From: a virus
Virus record (IMG/VR): IMGVR_UViG_3300030015_000005
DNA length: 14,473 nt
Direction: 5' to 3' (one strand)
The first letter of the stretch is position 1; each line of letters begins with the position of its first letter. The position numbers and the translations under genes were made by a program. Positions 13,825-14,473 of this stretch are shown piece by piece. The notes below the pieces were generated by a model. That model ran no database searches. It was not told where the DNA came from and saw nothing but the letters and a program-made list of their open reading frames with translations.

Positions 13825-13830
13825 ATGTAC

Positions 13831-14473
13831 TTATGCCAGCGATAGCAGGGTTAGCGAATATTCCGACTGAATGCCACGCAATGATGGCGCCATACCAGAA
13901 CCAGTTCCCCCGCTCCAGGTCCACGGGTAGAGAGTGGTGCCAGCGCGTAAATACTTCATCGTAGTGACGTGACCAAACTGTGATTGGGAAACATCGGACC
14001 ACAGGACCATATTAGCCCCGCCGTCGCTAGTGCTGGTCCCCAATCCCATGCCTTTTACCGCGCCGCCGTTATCCCACAATTGGGTTGCAGAGAGCAAATA
14101 ATAACCATCAACCGGCGCCATCAAACGCGGGTTATTGTTATCGTTCGCGGCGACACCACCCACATTATGAGCCACGCTTAATCTGCCATCGTGTCTAGTA
14201 CGTAGGCGGGTGAAATTATAGGTGGGTGGATTGTATTGTGGGCCGGTCCAGACTAGCGCGCCGGTATATACCGCGGGCGCGGGTCCAGCGGGGCCGGTAT
14301 CACCTTTAGGGCCTGTGGCGCCCGTGGCACCTTTAGGGCCTATCGGCCCCTGTGGACCCTCCGGACCCTCCGGGCCTTGTGGGCCAGTATCACCTTTAGG
14401 GCCTTGTGGTCCAGCGGGGCCGGTATCACCTTTAGGGCCTTGTGGGCCTTGTGGGCCAGTATCACCTTTAGGG
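13831..14473 (-). CDS. Collagen-like tail fibre, 3' (C-terminal) part with a globular C-terminal domain
   Basis: The minus-strand frame is open from the right edge to TAA at 13833..13831. Gly-X-Y triplets (...[54 protein letters not shown]) are followed by a ~147-aa non-collagen domain. The track ORF 13831..14175 is only its tail end. The frame matches that of 1..490 across the 44-bp terminal identity. Confidence 0.85.
   Translation of the reverse strand, partial: PKGDTGPQGPQGPKGDTGPAGPQGPKGDTGPQGPEGPEGPQGPIGPKGATGATGPKGDTGPAGPAPAVYTGALVWTGPQYNPPTYNFTRLRTRHDGRLSVAHNVGGVAANDNNNPRLMAPVDGYYLLSATQLWDNGGAVKGMGLGTSTSDGGANMVLWSDVSQSQFGHVTTMKYLRAGTTLYPWTWSGGTGSGMAPSLRGIQSEYSLTLLSLA
14372..14473. repeat. 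Collagen-repeat DNA copies at the right edge: 14372..14422 matches 273..323, and 14430..14473 matches 1..44
   Basis: Perfect identity by direct comparison. Confidence 0.95.

Noticed and set aside
1-14473. A diversity-generating retroelement (template/variable repeat pair) acting on the fibre gene
   Set aside because: The repeat copies are perfectly identical rather than differing at adenine positions. They lie in the collagen stalk rather than the receptor-binding end, and no reverse transcriptase gene is present.

Overview
This window reads as one complete, very small tailed-phage (siphovirus-like) genome. Every credible gene is on the minus strand and genes are tightly packed, with many 1-, 4-, 10- and 14-nt overlaps; I estimate about 95% coding. 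The first 44 nt (1..44) are identical to the last 44 nt (14430..14473). A collagen-like tail-fibre gene cut by the window edges closes in frame across that identity, which suggests a circularly closing or circularly permuted unit of about 14,429 bp. Gene order on the minus strand: leaderless-type promoter, excisionase-family HTH, acidic 71-aa protein, Zn-ribbon protein, a 432-bp structured non-coding region, WhiB-like protein, HNH endonuclease, a hairpin-rich gap, small terminase, large terminase, basic C2H2-like zinc-finger protein, portal, amidase endolysin, holin-like membrane ORFs, prohead protease-major capsid fusion, head-tail connector proteins, major tail protein, HK97 gp10-like protein, tail assembly chaperone (with a -1 frame extension), tape measure, one large minor tail protein, collagen-like fibre, terminator. 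The WhiB-like gene and leaderless start point to an actinobacterial host. I found no tRNA, CRISPR array, integrase, polymerase, primase, helicase or recombinase, and no recognisable discrete defence or anti-defence cassette. The least explained parts are: the absence of a replication module together with the repeat- and hairpin-rich 432-bp non-coding region; the lysis cassette placed between portal and capsid; two out-of-frame holin ORFs separated by a G5 run; the basic zinc-finger gene inside the packaging/head module; and the repeat-laden collagen fibre with a possibly C1q/TNF-like head. All homology statements come from motif recognition by eye; no database search was possible.
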